A stretch of 64,000 nucleotides of DNA from an uncultured Alphaproteobacteria bacterium (GTDB lineage Bacteria; Pseudomonadota; Alphaproteobacteria; Rhizobiales; Hyphomicrobiaceae). The notes under the pieces are model-generated. The model was not told the DNA's origin and did not search any database. It saw nothing but the letters and a program-made list of their open reading frames with translations. The stretch lies in contig CAVSZX010000029.1 of the NCBI GenBank assembly GCA_963732525.1, positions 3,458-67,457 of the forward strand. Reading direction: 5' to 3'. A program made the position numbers and the translations under genes. This document shows positions 42,026 through 51,822 of the stretch, one piece after another. How positions within the stretch are numbered: the first letter of the stretch is position 1; each line of letters starts with the position of its first letter.

Positions 42026-42535
42026 CTACGCCGTACGCAGGCTCTGCAAATGCACTTCCAGCTGATCGAGCGTGCCGCCGAAGCCCTGGGCGAGGGAGGG
42101 CTTCAAGTCGGCGTAGAACTTTTCTTCCGCCGGCGTCGCGCCGAAGGCTGAGGAACGGAGGGAGAGCCTGGTCTTTCCAGCGGCCTCGGTGAATAAAATC
42201 GTATTCGCCATCTCCAGCGGGCAATCGGCGCTGAAAGGCGCCCGCGTGATGCCGCCGCCCGGGTTCGAAAACGAATTCAACCAGGCGATGCGTTTCAGGG
42301 TCTCGATCTCGCGGTAGAAGAAACGGCCCCACATTTCGGCGCCGGTCGAATAGGACATGCGATAGTGGAACAATCCGCCGGGGCGAAAGTCGAGGGACAC
42401 GATATCGATTTTGCAGCCCTTGGGGCCCCACCAGCGCTGCAGGTGCTCGATTTCCGAATGGGCTTTCCAGACGAGGTCGAGGGGGGCGTCGAAGATGCGC
42501 TCGAGTTCGAAAACGTGGTCGATTTTGCCGGACAT
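42026..42535 (-). CDS. SRPBCC/AHSA1-like domain protein
   Basis: LERIFDAPLDLVWKA, RWWGPKG, DFRPGG, GFGGTLDQL. Confidence 0.92.
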   Translation of the reverse strand: MSGKIDHVFELERIFDAPLDLVWKAHSEIEHLQRWWGPKGCKIDIVSLDFRPGGLFHYRMSYSTGAEMWGRFFYREIETLKRIAWLNSFSNPGGGITRAPFSADCPLEMANTILFTEAAGKTRLSLRSSAFGATPAEEKFYADLKPSLAQGFGGTLDQLEVHLQSLRTA

Positions 42536-42572
42536 GGTTGCACTCCGATTTTTCTAACGGATAGAGGACTAC

Positions 42573-42935
42573 TCAAGTTTTTCGGTTTGGACGCTTGCTC
42601 TTTTTGGGTTTGGCCTGAACCTTCTGGAGATAGGTATCGAGGCGGTCGAAGCGCTCCTCCCAAAGCCGCCGGTAGCGCTCGAGCCAGTCGTCGACGTCAC
42701 GCAGCGCCTGTGGTTTCAGCTTGCATGGCCGCCATTGCGCTTCGCGGCTGCGCGTGATGAGCCCGGCGCTTTCCAGCACCTTCAGGTGCTTTGAAATCGC
42801 CGGCAGCGAAATGTCGAAAGGCTCGGCGAGCTCCGTGACAGAGGTTTTCCCAAGGGCAAGTCGCGCCAGAATGGCGCGCCGGGTCGGATCGGCGAGGGCG
42901 GCAAAAGTATCGCTCAAGGTATCGGCGGTCGGCAT
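42573..42935 (-). CDS. ArsR/SmtB family transcriptional regulator
   Basis: FAALADPTRRAILARL, VTELAEPF..SLPAISKHLKVLE. Confidence 0.95.
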   Translation of the reverse strand: MPTADTLSDTFAALADPTRRAILARLALGKTSVTELAEPFDISLPAISKHLKVLESAGLITRSREAQWRPCKLKPQALRDVDDWLERYRRLWEERFDRLDTYLQKVQAKPKKSKRPNRKT

Positions 42936-42940
42936 GATAA

Positions 42941-42998
42941 TTATCCGATAGGTTAAATAGCTGATGGGTTAAATAAGGCATCGCCGGACAGATGTCAA
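42941..42998 (-). promoter_or_regulatory. Promoter with tandem operator for the arsR-SRPBCC operon
   Basis: Minus strand TTGACA-N17-TATTTA; GGTTAAATA repeated at 42951 and 42967; imperfect palindrome TTATCC-N4-GGTTAA. Confidence 0.65.
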
Positions 42999-43141
42999 CG
43001 AGTACCGCGATGCGAACCGCCAGAATACCTCAGGCGCATTGCCGGCGTGCGGACGCGCATCTAAACTGCATGCCAAGCCACGCTGCGCGCGAGCCGCAAT
43101 TCTCCACTCTGCAAAACATAAACGAGACAAGGGAGGCGTAC

Positions 43142-44677
43142 ATGTCGCTTTGGATCAGAACCGAGAAGTATCATCTGGGCCTGCAGGAAAAGAGTGAGGC
43201 GGCGGAAGCGGAGGCGTCATTGCCGGTGCCCTCGCAGGTGCTCTCCAACGGCGAATTCAATCCCTCGCCGCAAAACGACGTGCAGCGCAAGGTGAAGGCG
43301 GAAATACTCAGCGAGGCGGAAACGCTCGCCAAGCGCAACAACACCTCGCGCCGTGCCTTCCTCAGGTCGGCCGCCGGTTTCGCGCTGTCGTTCTCGGTGA
43401 TGAACAAGCACTACGGCAACGTTTTCGGCGCGACGAGCGCGGAAGCCGCCGACGTCGCCATGGCCGAGGAACGCGCCGCCGCCTTGCGCAATCAGTTCAT
43501 TTTCGATGACCAGCTGCACTTCGTCTACGAGGGTTTCAGCTTCGAGGGGCTGAAGGGTCTGCGCAAATACAGCATGGATAAATGGGTGCCGGAGAAATTC
43601 CGCGACAAGCAGACGGAGTTCGAGCAGCTGCAGTTCGCGAACTTCCTGAAGGAAGTCTATTTCGACAGCGATACCAAGGTCGGCATTCTATCTGGCGCGC
43701 CGGCCGACGATGCCGCCAACTGGTTCCTCACAAATAAGGAAATGTTCCGGGCGCAAAAAATTATGGACGAGCTTTGCGGCTCGCGGCGCATGTGGAGCCA
43801 GGCGATCGTTCGCCCGAATACGCCCGGGTGGCTCGAGGAGATGGACCGCTGCGCCGCCGAACAGAAGCCGATCTGCTGGAAGGGCTATACCGTCGGCGAT
43901 CCGCTTTCGAACTCGGATTTCCCCTATCGCCTCGATGATGAAAAGCTGATGTACCCGGCCTACGAAAAGATGGTGAAGTCGGGCATCACCAAATTCTGCA
44001 TCCACAAGGGGCTGCTGCCCAACGATTACGCCGACAGCTTCCACGCCTGGAAGCACGCCATGGTCGACGACATCGCCAAGGCGGCGAAGGACTTCCCCCA
44101 GATCTCCTTCATCATCTTCCATTCGGGATTGAAGCCGCTCAACGACTATCCGCAGGATCATCTCGACAAGTTCAACAAGACCGGGCGCATCGACTGGGTG
44201 AGCGATCTCGCCGAAATCCCGCAGGCGCACGGCGTCAAGAACGTCTACGCCGAACTCGGCAGCTGCTTTGCCAACTGTGTCGTCTCCCATCCCCAGCACG
44301 CGGCCGGACTGCTCGGTACGCTCATCAAGGGCATGGGCGCCGATCACGTCGTCTGGGGCACGGATTCTGTCTGGTACGGTTCGCCGCAATGGCAGATCGA
44401 AGCCTTGCGGCGCATGGAAATTCCGGAGGACATGCAGAAGAAGTTCGGTTTTGCCCCCTTGGGCGGCGACGACAGCGAGGTGAAGAGGCAGATCTTCGGC
44501 CTCAATACGGCGCGGATCCACGGCATCGATCCCGCGAACCTCGCGGCGCACGGCGTCAACCTGAAGGACGACAAGCTGCAGAAGGCCAAGGAAGCCTTCA
44601 TGAAAGAGGGGGGCGAACGCTCCAACGCCTTTTACGGCTTCATCGACAAAAAGGACATTTCGTTCAAGCGGAGCTAG
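43142..44677 (+). CDS. Amidohydrolase_2 family metallo-hydrolase
   Basis: GGAGG RBS; DDQLHF, WKGYT, CIHKG, IIFHSG, NVYAELG, VWGTDSVW.GSP. Confidence 0.88.
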   Translation: MSLWIRTEKYHLGLQEKSEAAEAEASLPVPSQVLSNGEFNPSPQNDVQRKVKAEILSEAETLAKRNNTSRRAFLRSAAGFALSFSVMNKHYGNVFGATSAEAADVAMAEERAAALRNQFIFDDQLHFVYEGFSFEGLKGLRKYSMDKWVPEKFRDKQTEFEQLQFANFLKEVYFDSDTKVGILSGAPADDAANWFLTNKEMFRAQKIMDELCGSRRMWSQAIVRPNTPGWLEEMDRCAAEQKPICWKGYTVGDPLSNSDFPYRLDDEKLMYPAYEKMVKSGITKFCIHKGLLPNDYADSFHAWKHAMVDDIAKAAKDFPQISFIIFHSGLKPLNDYPQDHLDKFNKTGRIDWVSDLAEIPQAHGVKNVYAELGSCFANCVVSHPQHAAGLLGTLIKGMGADHVVWGTDSVWYGSPQWQIEALRRMEIPEDMQKKFGFAPLGGDDSEVKRQIFGLNTARIHGIDPANLAAHGVNLKDDKLQKAKEAFMKEGGERSNAFYGFIDKKDISFKRS

Positions 44678-47600
44678 CAACCGGTCGCGATGCAATTGAT
44701 ACCGCAAGAGCCTCGGGACGATCGACTGGTCCCGAGGTGCGGAGGCGACTTCAAATGACTTAATCGCCGAGACACTAAACGCCGAGAGACTAATCACGGA
44801 GTGACCGGGCATAAACCGACAACCTCGTCGGAGCCCTTGTTTGGTGCCGCGCCGTGCTCACCGGCGGAGAAATGGCTTTCCAGCCGGAGGTCTGGGCGCG
44901 ATCCGGCACGGCCACGGCCTGCGCGGCACGAGCGGCACGTTGAGGCTGTCTCCAGCGTTTGCCGGTAGCATCGTTTCGGGCTTTGTTCGGGCCGGAAGAG
45001 ACGGCCGCTTGTTTGGCCGCGCGACGTTCGAGGCCGGAAAGCTCTTTGTCCGCCTCGTTGCGGAGCGAGCCATCGCGAGACAAATCAAGCCTCAAATCTT
45101 CGGCTTCCGACGCGGCGGATTTGGCCGTTCTTTCGACCGCTTGTAGTTCGGCGACGGCGCTTTCGGCTTGCTCGCGGAGATCGCGTTCGCGTGCGAGGTC
45201 CTGTTTCAATCTTTCAGTGTCCGAGGTCGCGGCGGCCTGAGTTTCACGCAAGCGACGGTCGAGATCCTGTACGGCGGTTGCGCCTGCGTCGTGGGCCGCG
45301 CGCATTTCAGCCAGCGCCAGATCGAACTCGGCCTTGGAGGATTCCGCCGCATTCAGCCGGGCTTCGAGATCGCGCATGGTTCTTGTGCTGGTGTCAGCCG
45401 CTGCCGATTGCGCCCAGTTCCAAGTTCGCTGCTCATCTGCCGGCGGCGACGGACCGGTATCCGAAGCCAGGAGCGCCGCCGTCGGCTCGCGCGTTTCGGT
45501 CGCGCGCTGGGCGGTCAACTCGGCAATCTTCGCGGCGTTGCTTTCGGCGCCGGCGTGTTCTGCCGTCAACCGCTCTTCCAGAGAGGCCACCTTTCCCTGA
45601 AGGGCCTCGAAGTCCGTGAGAGCGGCGAAAAGCGACGCCCGGGTTTGCTCCAGCTCGCCCCTGGCCTCCGCAGCCCTTGTCTCGGCAAGCGCCCGATCCC
45701 GGCGTTCGCGCGAGAGTTTGTGCCGTCCCGCCACCTGAAGCGCGAGCCTCGACTTGGGCAGGCTTGACGTTTCGGCGACGCGGGCCGCCGGGGCCGGGCG
45801 TTCCCGCCGCTCGACGCCGCCCGGCAACATGGACAGGCTGCGAATATGGTCCTTGTCCGGCATTGCCGAGACCACGCGGACACTGAAGCTCGCAGGTTCC
45901 AGGTTGGAGAGAAGCGATTTACCAATTCCCATGCCCGTCACGAAGACGACAATCGCGGCCGCCGCTTGCTGCGCGGCCCAAGGCAATGAATATCGCTTCG
46001 ACGAGAAATGTGTTCCGGGCGAGCGCCGTGCATCCGGACGCAGCGAACAATCCGGTTCCGAGGCGATTTCCCGGTGCGAAACGATGAGAAGCGGTTCGTC
46101 AACCAGAGTCTCGACGGATGATCTGAGACGCGGCCATGACGAGAATAGAACGTGCGAAGCGATCTCGACGTACGCGCCATCAGGGCTCGCGTGCCGCGAC
46201 AGCAAGCCTTCTGACAGCAATTCGATGGTGATTGCCTCCGCTCCAGCAAGGAGCGTGTACAATCTTATGAGGCGACGAACCGGACGCTTGTGCTGATCGA
46301 GCACCACCAACGCATCGCCCAACGCAGTGCGCCACGCAGCACTTTCCTGGGCGCTCGGCAGGGCGCGATCAAAGGCGGCGTCCGCGAAGCGAGCGATCAA
46401 CACATCGAGCGGATTGCCGCGCTCCGCCGTTTGCGTCCAGCTTGCATAGTCGGAAAGGCGAAGCAATTTGTCGTCTCCGCAGGCTTCGCACAGCTTGCGC
46501 AAGGCGAAGGAGAGGCGCGCGGGAGCCTCAGTCCGATCAAGGGTTCCGGCATCATAGAGGAGAGCTGCAACGAGACTGTCCTCGATTTCGTATTTCGCAG
46601 CCTGCAGGGGTTTACGGATGATATCTTCGAGCCCCGTTTCATCCATGGGGCAAACCGGAATGGCCTCGATGCCGGACTGTGCCAATTGGCGCCGTTGCAG
46701 CAATTCCAGTTCCGAAACGCTCATGGGCAGGAGGAACGTGATGGGTGCCATCGAATTGCCGGCAGCGCAAATGACACGTTCGAAGGCTTGGGCTTGCGCC
46801 TGCTCCGCCGAATAGAGGATGTCACCGATCTGATCGATGGCGACGACGATCCTGGCGTTGGCCCGCGAATGCCGCTTCGCAAGTTCCTGCGCAAACTGTT
46901 CCAGGAATAGCTTCAGGGATTCTTGCGAAGTCTCCCCGAGCGCGCTCAAGAAAGCTTCGCTATCGGCTTCGCGGCCAAGTGCGGCGCTGAGCGCGCATGC
47001 GAGGGACCGAAGCGGCGCCGCGCCGGGTCTCAATACCGGTACTACGATCGCGTCGTCGTGCATGTGGGGAAGGACGCCGGCCCGCATCAATGACGACAGG
47101 CCGCTACCGGCTGGACCGATGAGGGCGACCAAGGAACTTCCTCGAACTCGCCACAACATCTTGATGCGGCCGGCGATCCTTTGAATTTCGCGATCGCGGC
47201 CGAAAAAGACGGGAGCCCAATCCTCCGTGTAGGAGGAGAATCCGGGGTACGGTATCCGGCCTGCCGTCCAAGCCGCATCGGACGCGTGCGGCGGCAGACA
47301 TGCAGGAAGGGCCGCCGTCAGCTGGGCAATGTCTTCGCCATTCGGGTCAAGCGTGCGGACGCCGTCCAGAACACCATTCTCATCCTTGAAATCATCAAGG
47401 GGCACAGCAAAGGTGGCGAGGCCGCGCGCGCGGACGGCCGCGAATTCGTTCTGGCATCGCCGGCAGGCCAACCAGGCGCTGCTGCACAGGCAAACGGCAA
47501 GACGTGCGCTCGATAGACGATCTTCGAAAGTCTCGGTGGCGTCTTTGCTGTGGGATGTGCACGAGCTCGTCACGTCATGGCCCTTAAACTCGAACTCGCT

Positions 47601-48207
47601 CCGAAGTAGGAGCGCCGCCGTGGCATCGGCGTCGGAGTGGATGAGAAAAACGCGAACCATGACCACAACTTTCCTTTTCGGCGTTACGTGCGCTGCAATG
47701 GAATTTTGGGGCCCATAAATCTTAGCGACGAAAATGCCGGTGCATTTCCGAGATTTCGCCAATTGCAAAAAAAAAGCGCTGGAAGTCCCGCGAATAAAAC
47801 GTGCCAATAGAGAGCAATGGAGCAATATGGTTTGAATAAGGCACGGGTGGCGAATTTGCGGAGTTCCTTAATCGCGCGGATATGAGGTGTCATTCGCAAA
47901 TGACGTTCAATTAATCTCGGTAAGGGCCGTGACAGAGACGCCTGCCAATGCCCGCGCCTCGAAAAGCGGCGATAGAGTCTTGCAAATGAACGCGCTGGAT
48001 CACGCCGTGGGCTTCAGAGCCCCGTCGTCACAGGCCGCGGCGGAAGTTCATACCAGCTGCGGCACTTGCTTCTCGTGCCCGTCATCAAATTCGAAGGCAT
48101 GAACATCGTTCCGTATCGCATTCCCGAACGTTTTCCGACGGCGGATTATTGGGGCTGGCTCGTACCTACGTCAGCCTCACCGCCGACAAAGACATTTCGT
48201 TCAAGCG
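44654..48207. mobile_element. Integrase-less genomic islet bounded by a 17-bp direct repeat
   Basis: GACATTTCGTTCAAGCG at 44654-44670 and 48191-48207, each preceded by CGACAAA; interior looks more AT-rich than the flanks. Confidence 0.7.
44790..47660 (-). CDS. TIR domain + degenerate nSTAND1-like NTPase + TM + coiled-coil protein
   Basis: VFLIHS...S.AWL....CQNE (TIR); PYPGF.SY...FFGRDREI, GPAGSGLSSL.RAG, RPG..P, IDQIGD, HVLFSSWPRL (nSTAND1-like); hydrophobic helix; heptads. Confidence 0.8.
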   Translation of the reverse strand: MVRVFLIHSDADATAALLLRSEFEFKGHDVTSSCTSHSKDATETFEDRLSSARLAVCLCSSAWLACRRCQNEFAAVRARGLATFAVPLDDFKDENGVLDGVRTLDPNGEDIAQLTAALPACLPPHASDAAWTAGRIPYPGFSSYTEDWAPVFFGRDREIQRIAGRIKMLWRVRGSSLVALIGPAGSGLSSLMRAGVLPHMHDDAIVVPVLRPGAAPLRSLACALSAALGREADSEAFLSALGETSQESLKLFLEQFAQELAKRHSRANARIVVAIDQIGDILYSAEQAQAQAFERVICAAGNSMAPITFLLPMSVSELELLQRRQLAQSGIEAIPVCPMDETGLEDIIRKPLQAAKYEIEDSLVAALLYDAGTLDRTEAPARLSFALRKLCEACGDDKLLRLSDYASWTQTAERGNPLDVLIARFADAAFDRALPSAQESAAWRTALGDALVVLDQHKRPVRRLIRLYTLLAGAEAITIELLSEGLLSRHASPDGAYVEIASHVLFSSWPRLRSSVETLVDEPLLIVSHREIASEPDCSLRPDARRSPGTHFSSKRYSLPWAAQQAAAAIVVFVTGMGIGKSLLSNLEPASFSVRVVSAMPDKDHIRSLSMLPGGVERRERPAPAARVAETSSLPKSRLALQVAGRHKLSRERRDRALAETRAAEARGELEQTRASLFAALTDFEALQGKVASLEERLTAEHAGAESNAAKIAELTAQRATETREPTAALLASDTGPSPPADEQRTWNWAQSAAADTSTRTMRDLEARLNAAESSKAEFDLALAEMRAAHDAGATAVQDLDRRLRETQAAATSDTERLKQDLARERDLREQAESAVAELQAVERTAKSAASEAEDLRLDLSRDGSLRNEADKELSGLERRAAKQAAVSSGPNKARNDATGKRWRQPQRAARAAQAVAVPDRAQTSGWKAISPPVSTARHQTRAPTRLSVYARSLRD

Positions 48208-48228
48208 CAAGGCGTGAGGCGCGCAGCG

Positions 48229-49218
48229 TTATTCCGCCTTTTGCTTGGCGATGACGGCGAGAACGATGGGCAATGCCCATTTGCCGTCTCGGAACGCAGG
48301 CTGTAACAGCAGCTTCTCCTTGCCGTCGCCCGCGACTTCCATGCTGCCGCACATCCGGCGCTGGATCGCGCCGGTATCAATGCCCTGGCAGGCGACCAGT
48401 CCGCCATCGAGATTGAGCGCCGTTCTGAGATCGAGCGGAGCTTGTTTCAGAAATGCAGCAAGGGCCTTGAGCGTAAAAAAGGCGTCCTTGGTCGTGCCGA
48501 CTAAGATGCGGCCTGTCCGATCCTCTGCGACGAAGCTGCGGTTTGCGAGCCAGCCCTTGTCGGCGCCGACGCGGCTTTCACCATCGGCGCCGATCAGCAT
48601 TGGATAGGAGACCATGGCGTTTCTTGCACCCGCCAGCGCCTCACGCCACGGCTGGCGGCTGAGATCGGCGACGCCCGTGTGCGTTTCACGCGCGATGAAA
48701 ACGCCATGCTGAGCCTCGTATTGCGCCGGCCCGAGAAGCTGGCCGTCGCTGACAAGGGGCGTGTCGGGCCGTCCGTCCGCGGCGAAGTAGCTGCCGTTGA
48801 TCACGACCGACGCCTTTGTTTCCCGCATCCAATCTTCGAGCAGAAGCCCGGACGGTCGGTTCAGGACCTCGAAGCGGTATGCATTGGGGTCGATCCGGGC
48901 CAACATGATGCGGTCGACTTCAACACCGTTGGCAAGTGCCGGCAGTTCGCCGACCTCCAGTCCGGGCGCAGCCAGGCTCCAGCTCATGGCGCCGGGCGTG
49001 GCGTTGAGGTTGGGCTCTGCAAGGGCCAGTCGTACGGAGGGGCTGAGACGGGACTGGGCTTGCTCGACCGGCACCCAGACGCTGGCGCCACGCAGGAGGA
49101 GGACGTGCAGGCCGTACGTTCCCGAGTTGGCATATAGGAGCGCCGTCGCGAACGAGAGAAAAATGAAGATGAGTGCTGCGGCGGCCTTTGCTTCTCGGGA
49201 TATGGAATTTTGTCTCAT
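48229..49218 (-). CDS. Phosphodiester glycosidase (NAGPA/DUF2233) family protein
   Basis: N-terminal TM, VINGSYF, NRSFVA, ALNLDGG. Confidence 0.82.
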   Translation of the reverse strand: MRQNSISREAKAAAALIFIFLSFATALLYANSGTYGLHVLLLRGASVWVPVEQAQSRLSPSVRLALAEPNLNATPGAMSWSLAAPGLEVGELPALANGVEVDRIMLARIDPNAYRFEVLNRPSGLLLEDWMRETKASVVINGSYFAADGRPDTPLVSDGQLLGPAQYEAQHGVFIARETHTGVADLSRQPWREALAGARNAMVSYPMLIGADGESRVGADKGWLANRSFVAEDRTGRILVGTTKDAFFTLKALAAFLKQAPLDLRTALNLDGGLVACQGIDTGAIQRRMCGSMEVAGDGKEKLLLQPAFRDGKWALPIVLAVIAKQKAE

Positions 49219-49413
49219 GTGGCGTATGCCTTGATTGTTCGGTGAGCTGCTTCGGGCTGACGCTGACGCCATTCGGCACCCCGCACTACTGGAAATCCCG
49301 GCAATGTTCGGCAATCGATGCCGTTGCGGCGCGGATGCGGCCTTGCCCATTGCTGGCGAGTGCGGATAATTCCGGTTGCCTAAGGATTTTCAGCAAGGAC
49401 CAGAACCCAGACC

Positions 49414-50170
49414 ATGACGACACGGCTCCTCACCAAGACCGAGAACGAGCACGTTCTGGCCGTGCTGCAAGACGAATTGGCGCGGCGGCGTATATCACGG
49501 CAGCGTCTCGCGGACGACGCGCGCATTTCGCTCTCGACGCTGGAGAAGGCGTTGTCCGGCAGCAGACCCTTTACGCGCACGACGGTGGTACGGATCGAAA
49601 CGGCGCTGGGACTTGCGTTGCGGCCTCGCGCCGAGGCGCGACGTGCGAGCGATGTGACTACGGCGGCGCCGGCAAATCTCGGCGCCTACACGCGGGCGGG
49701 TGTCAAGTGGATCGAGGGTGACTATGTTGCCCTTCGCCCCTCGTTCAGCGATGCGCGCGCCGTCTATGCCTACAAAATCACGATCTTTTGGGACGACGCT
49801 GCGAGCCGGTTGCTGTTTGAGGAGTCGGGCCGGGTCGATGCCGCGTTCGCGCAATCGGGTGAAGTCTCGGTGCCGCATCAGTCTGGGCACGTCTATCTCG
49901 TCACCAACGATCAAGGACAATTCCGGCTGATGACTTCTGTCGCGGCCGACCATCAGCAAGGTGATGTACGGCGTCCTATCGACGCTTCAATCCGGCAAGG
50001 GGGCGCAATTATCGCCGCTCGCGGCACCTGTTGCGCTGGTGCCGGTTAGCAGTGTGGCGCGCGTCGAACTCGGTAAGATCGAAGTCGGGCATGCGGTCTA
50101 CGGCCAATATCGCAAGCATCTGGCGAAGGCGACCGACGACGGATATGCGCTGCTGCTCGCGGGCGGCTGA
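49414..50170 (+). CDS. XRE-family HTH transcriptional regulator; apparent frameshift near 49935
   Basis: ISRQRLADDARISLSTLEKALSG HTH; C-terminal beta-rich domain; divergent from the glycosidase gene. Confidence 0.82.
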
Positions 50171-50221
50171 AGGGCCCTGTGACGACGCAGTGGCGGGCGC
50201 GAACAGCGCTCCTGTTACGTG

Positions 50222-51784
50222 TTACGTGCTCGGGCAGAACTTCTTGGCCTCGGCCAGCGCCTCGTCCTTGCTGGCGTAGGTGCCGACGAGTTCGAAGCCG
50301 GCGGGGGCCGACTTGGAATAGGTGTCGAGCATGGATTTCTCGAAGCCGTCGAGAACGGTGAGGAGGGTGAGCTGAACTTCGCCGCCCTTGTTGGTGCGCA
50401 CGAGCAGCGTCTTCTTGCCGCCGTAGCTGGCGCTCAGCAGCCGGCAGGCGCCGCTTGCATTGGAGCCGGCGGCTGCATCGGCGACTGCGGCAACGTGCAC
50501 GGGCTGAACGGCCGCCGCTGCGACGGCCGGTTGGCCAGCTTCGACTAGAGCCGACATCGTACGGGGCCGCCGAGGTGCGAGGGCGCAGGTTGCGCAAATT
50601 CATGGCGCGCCGGGGTGATGCGGAAGTGCGGCATGGGCGCCGGCTCGGCATTGCTCGTCTCGACGGGCTGCGGCGCCGGGGCGGCTGCGGTATCCGCGGC
50701 GGGCGCGGGCTGCGGTTGCGGTGCTGCCGCTGCAGGGACGACCGGCGGCTCGATCAGGACATGTTGATCGCTTCTCGGGGCTGCTTTTGCGGTCGCTGCA
50801 TGTCCCTCATGTCCCTGCGGCGGGCGCCGGCTTTTGAGCCTGTGCCGGCTCGGCAGGACGCGGATCGCCTTCCTTCGGCTTGGTGCGCGACCATAAGGTC
50901 CTGACGGGCGACGAGGGCGCGGCACGGCGGGGCTGCTCGGGCGCCGACTTCTTTGCCGGAGGGGTCGCGAGGTCCTTTTCGGAAAGCGTATCGTCGGCCG
51001 CGACAGGGCCGCCGTCCGTCCAAGGCAGGGCCTCGGGACCGGCGAGGCCTTGGGGCTTGGGGCCGCCGAGACCGGCAGGCTGCACCAGCGCCCGGCCCGG
51101 ACGCTTGGCGGGCTGCGGCACTGGAACGTTGTCGGCGGTCGCCGGGCCCTTGCAATGCGAGGTGCGGAATTCGCTGGCGATGAAATCGATCGACTTGGCG
51201 TACTGGCGGTCGGCGGCCCAGCGGCGGGCGAGATCGCCGAAGGTCACGGGCCGGCCGAGGCGGCGCGACTTGGAGATGATGTCGTCCTGGTTTTCGTTGG
51301 TGCGGCGCGCCACGGGGTCGGCAACGTGCTCGCCCGAATAGGCGACGAGGTGCTGCATCTGCGCGTGCACACCGGTCTTGACGTCCTGGAAACGCTCGCC
51401 CGCGACGCCGCCGCCGGTGGCGCCGATGCCGGCGAAGTTGTTCTGCTTTTCATGCACGTCGCCGCGCCGGCCGTCACCGCGCCGGTATTTGAGATAGTTG
51501 GTTTCGATCGCCATCTGGAAGAAGGCGTAGTCCCAACGCACGTGCCAGGCTTCGCCCCAATATTTGTACCAGCGGGCGATGTCGCGGTACTTGGGATCGA
51601 CGTTCGGGTTGCGCGTCTTGAGGAAGTCCATCAGCCTCTGCGGCGACACGCAGACGGGAACGCGGTTAGCCTCGCCGGTGCGGATGGGCGGGGCCGCGTA
51701 AACCGCGGTCGAGGCCATCAGCCAGGCGGCGAGAGCGGCCGTGATGGCCGGCCTCATCGCCCGTTTGTGCGCAGAACCAGTCAT
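50222..51784 (-). CDS. Secreted glucosaminidase (GH73-like) domain protein, paralog 2; apparent frameshifts in the linker
   Basis: Signal peptide; WDYAFFQMAIETNYL, QNNFAGIGATG, F.DV.TGV.A..QHL..Y, RWA.D..Y. Confidence 0.8.
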
Positions 51785-51822
51785 GAAATGTCTTTCAAGG
51801 CACGTTTTTCTTGTTGTTGCGA

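Noticed and set aside
44761-44795. Short tandem repeat TAATCGCCGAGACAC/TAAACGCCGAGAGAC, and the 13-bp duplication at 7644-7669, as CRISPR or regulatory arrays
   Set aside because: Only two adjacent units, no spacers, no cas genes; probably local slippage at stop codons
47887-48190. Integrase remnant or small genes in the distal part of the islet
   Set aside because: Short ORFs without recombinase motifs or convincing coding signals
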